From Nitrospiria bacterium (lineage in GTDB: Bacteria; Nitrospirota; Nitrospiria; JACQCE01), in the NCBI GenBank assembly GCA_035517195.1, contig DATIZH010000027.1, positions 67,581 through 131,580 on the forward strand: a DNA stretch of 64,000 nt, in the 5' to 3' direction. The notes under the pieces were generated by a model, which was not told the DNA's origin, did not search any database, and worked only from the letters and a program-made list of their open reading frames with translations. Each line of letters opens with the position of its first letter. The first letter of the stretch is position 1. Below are positions 62,519 through 64,000 of this stretch, one piece after another. Position numbers and translations under genes: made by a program.

Positions 62519-62662
62519 GGAACATCATTATAATACAGCGCCCGGAAGCACGCAAGCAAAGAGGATCCGCCGTGTCGCACCGTCACGTCATCGTCACCCG
62601 ATCACCGCTCTATTCGGCGCCGGTTGCATCCATCTCCCGGTGTGCCGTATGATTATTGTATC

Positions 62663-63376
62663 ATGATTCGATTTATCCGCCAGCGCGCCGTGGAAAATCC
62701 CTGGGTGCTGCGCACCATTTTCGGCGTCATTATCGTCATCTTCATCATCTCGATGGGCTGGATCGGCTTTAAACCGTCGTCCAACCGTGTGGTGGCCACG
62801 GTTGCAGGCGTGCCCATTTCACTGCAGGAGTACGAAGACGCCTACCGTCGGACGTACGAGCAATACCAGAACATCTTCAAGGACCAGTTTACGCCCGAGC
62901 TGATCAAACAGCTCGATCTGAAGCACGCGGTGATCAACCAGTTGATCGACGAGCAACTCTGGCGGCTCACGGCCAGGCGACTCGGTCTGTCGGTGACCGA
63001 TGAGGAACTGACCGCCCAATTGGTCACCATCCCGGCCTTTCAACGGGCTGGGCAGTTTGATCCGACCGTATATGAACAGACCCTGATCAGAAATCACTGG
63101 ACCCCTCAGCGCTTTGAAGACGCCCAGCGGATGGACCTGCTTATCAACAAGGCCCGGGCTGCCGTTCGGGCCTCCACTGCTCTGTTGCCGCAGGAACAAC
63201 CGACGTCTTCGCCTTCACCGCCGGCTCCGCCATCCGCCGGGAAGTCCGCTCCGACGCCACCACCCGCCCAATCCCCCGAAGCGGTTCAGCAGCAGAAGGA
63301 AGAGCGGGCGGTCATGGCCTTCGTCGCCAACCTCAGGGCCCAGACCCCCATCACCATCAATGAGCATTTGCTCTGA
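62663..63376 (+). CDS. SurA_N / PpiD-N-like periplasmic chaperone domain protein with a membrane anchor and no rotamase domain
   Basis: ATG 62,663 gives MIRFIRQRAVENPWVLRTIFGVIIVIFIISMGW... The sequence continues VVATVAGVPISLQEYEDAYRRTYEQY... and ends in a Pro/Ser-rich C-terminal region. Confidence 0.6.
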   Translation: MIRFIRQRAVENPWVLRTIFGVIIVIFIISMGWIGFKPSSNRVVATVAGVPISLQEYEDAYRRTYEQYQNIFKDQFTPELIKQLDLKHAVINQLIDEQLWRLTARRLGLSVTDEELTAQLVTIPAFQRAGQFDPTVYEQTLIRNHWTPQRFEDAQRMDLLINKARAAVRASTALLPQEQPTSSPSPPAPPSAGKSAPTPPPAQSPEAVQQQKEERAVMAFVANLRAQTPITINEHLL

Positions 63377-63471
63377 TCCGCCGTAATTCGGCGGCATGAA
63401 TGGCCCAAGACCGTCCGGTCAGGGGTCGGTCGCGGACACGAGAGTCCCGCACCCCCTGCTCTCTCTTCGAT

Positions 63472-64000
63472 TTAGTTTGGCGACAGCCGGCGGAGACGCG
63501 GATCATGCGACGTCCCCAACTCGTCGAGTTCCTGCTTGATATACCCGAGTCCCCGGACGCAGATTTCAAACTTCGTGGAAAGTTGTCGGAAGAGCGAGAC
63601 CAAGGACCGCTGTGCGGCCGGATCAGCCGCGGACTCATCGGTCGTTTCCGCCGCCAGCCTGTAGGCCCGTTTCCCCACCTTGACGTAATCCAGCAGGGCG
63701 TCCGGCCGGCCGATGACGAGGGTCTTCACCCCCCTGACTCCCTCGGGGAACAACCCCGTCATCACCAGCGTGTAATCACCGATCTGGCGATGCACGTCCC
63801 GTTCCCGTTCCTGCAGATGGTGGAGGGCGCACACCTCGGCCTCACGCAGCATCTCGGTCAGATTATGTAATCGGCGCCCCGTCGTCCGCTGCATCGGAAA
63901 GATATGGTCCGCCTGCACGCAGTCCGTCAGCAGGTCACTGACGTAGCCGACGATGCCCCAGTCGGGCCAGCCCAGTCGCTCGAGAAAGCTGCGCTCCGTC
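63472..64000 (-). CDS. Hypothetical protein, N-terminus beyond the right window edge
   Basis: The frame stays open from the stop at 63,472 to position 64,000. The track M at 63,918 is merely the first GTG after the edge. I recognise no domain. Confidence 0.5.
   Translation of the reverse strand, partial: TERSFLERLGWPDWGIVGYVSDLLTDCVQADHIFPMQRTTGRRLHNLTEMLREAEVCALHHLQERERDVHRQIGDYTLVMTGLFPEGVRGVKTLVIGRPDALLDYVKVGKRAYRLAAETTDESAADPAAQRSLVSLFRQLSTKFEICVRGLGYIKQELDELGTSHDPRLRRLSPN

Overview
High-GC bacterial chromosome segment in two parts.

**Accessory envelope region (1 to about 43,100)**
- A giant minus-strand gene of more than 5,929 codons runs from about 17,787 off the left edge. It is missing from the ORF track because it has no stop codon inside the window. 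I recovered it by frame bookkeeping and by manual reverse-complement translation at many checkpoints.
- A dense cluster of exported proteins follows. It holds five c-type cytochromes with 26 canonical CXXCH sites: three paralogous paired-CXXCH cytochromes of 292, 418 and 1,105 aa, plus two c7-type trihaem proteins.
- The cluster also holds seven beta-propeller proteins from five repeat families: 2 NHL, 2 PD40/TolB-like, 2 Reg_prop and 1 FG-GAP/ASPIC (CRTAC1-like).
- Other members are a 633-aa predicted outer-membrane beta-barrel, a SurA/parvulin PPIase, a Wzy_C (O-antigen-ligase-like) membrane protein with TPR repeats, three FGE/SUMF1-fold lipoproteins that lack the catalytic Cys pair, and two small secreted paralogues.
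- Many of these genes are joined by ATGA/GTGA overlaps.
- I read the 24.4-43.1 kb cluster as a candidate envelope electron-transfer or cytochrome-assembly system whose composition does not match the classic Mtr or Omb/Oma/Omc modules.

**Giant-gene upstream region**
- Between the giant gene and its upstream neighbour lies a sigma70-like promoter, about 190 nt of GC-rich structured RNA, and a strong intrinsic terminator.
- The RNA core resembles GEMM-I cyclic-dinucleotide riboswitches. This is unverified.

**Housekeeping region (43,100-64,000)**
- Genes are ugd, rsmI, a TusA-like gene, tRNA-Leu(CAA), argB, hslUV, xerC, trmFO, topA, dprA, rng, rodA, mrdA, mreDCB, an RDD protein and a SurA_N protein.
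- The order dprA-topA-trmFO-xerC-hslV-hslU matches the Bacillus arrangement.

**Other notes**
- The ORF track uses ATG, GTG and TTG as M, so I re-examined several starts.
- I saw no CRISPR array, rRNA gene, transposase or prophage.
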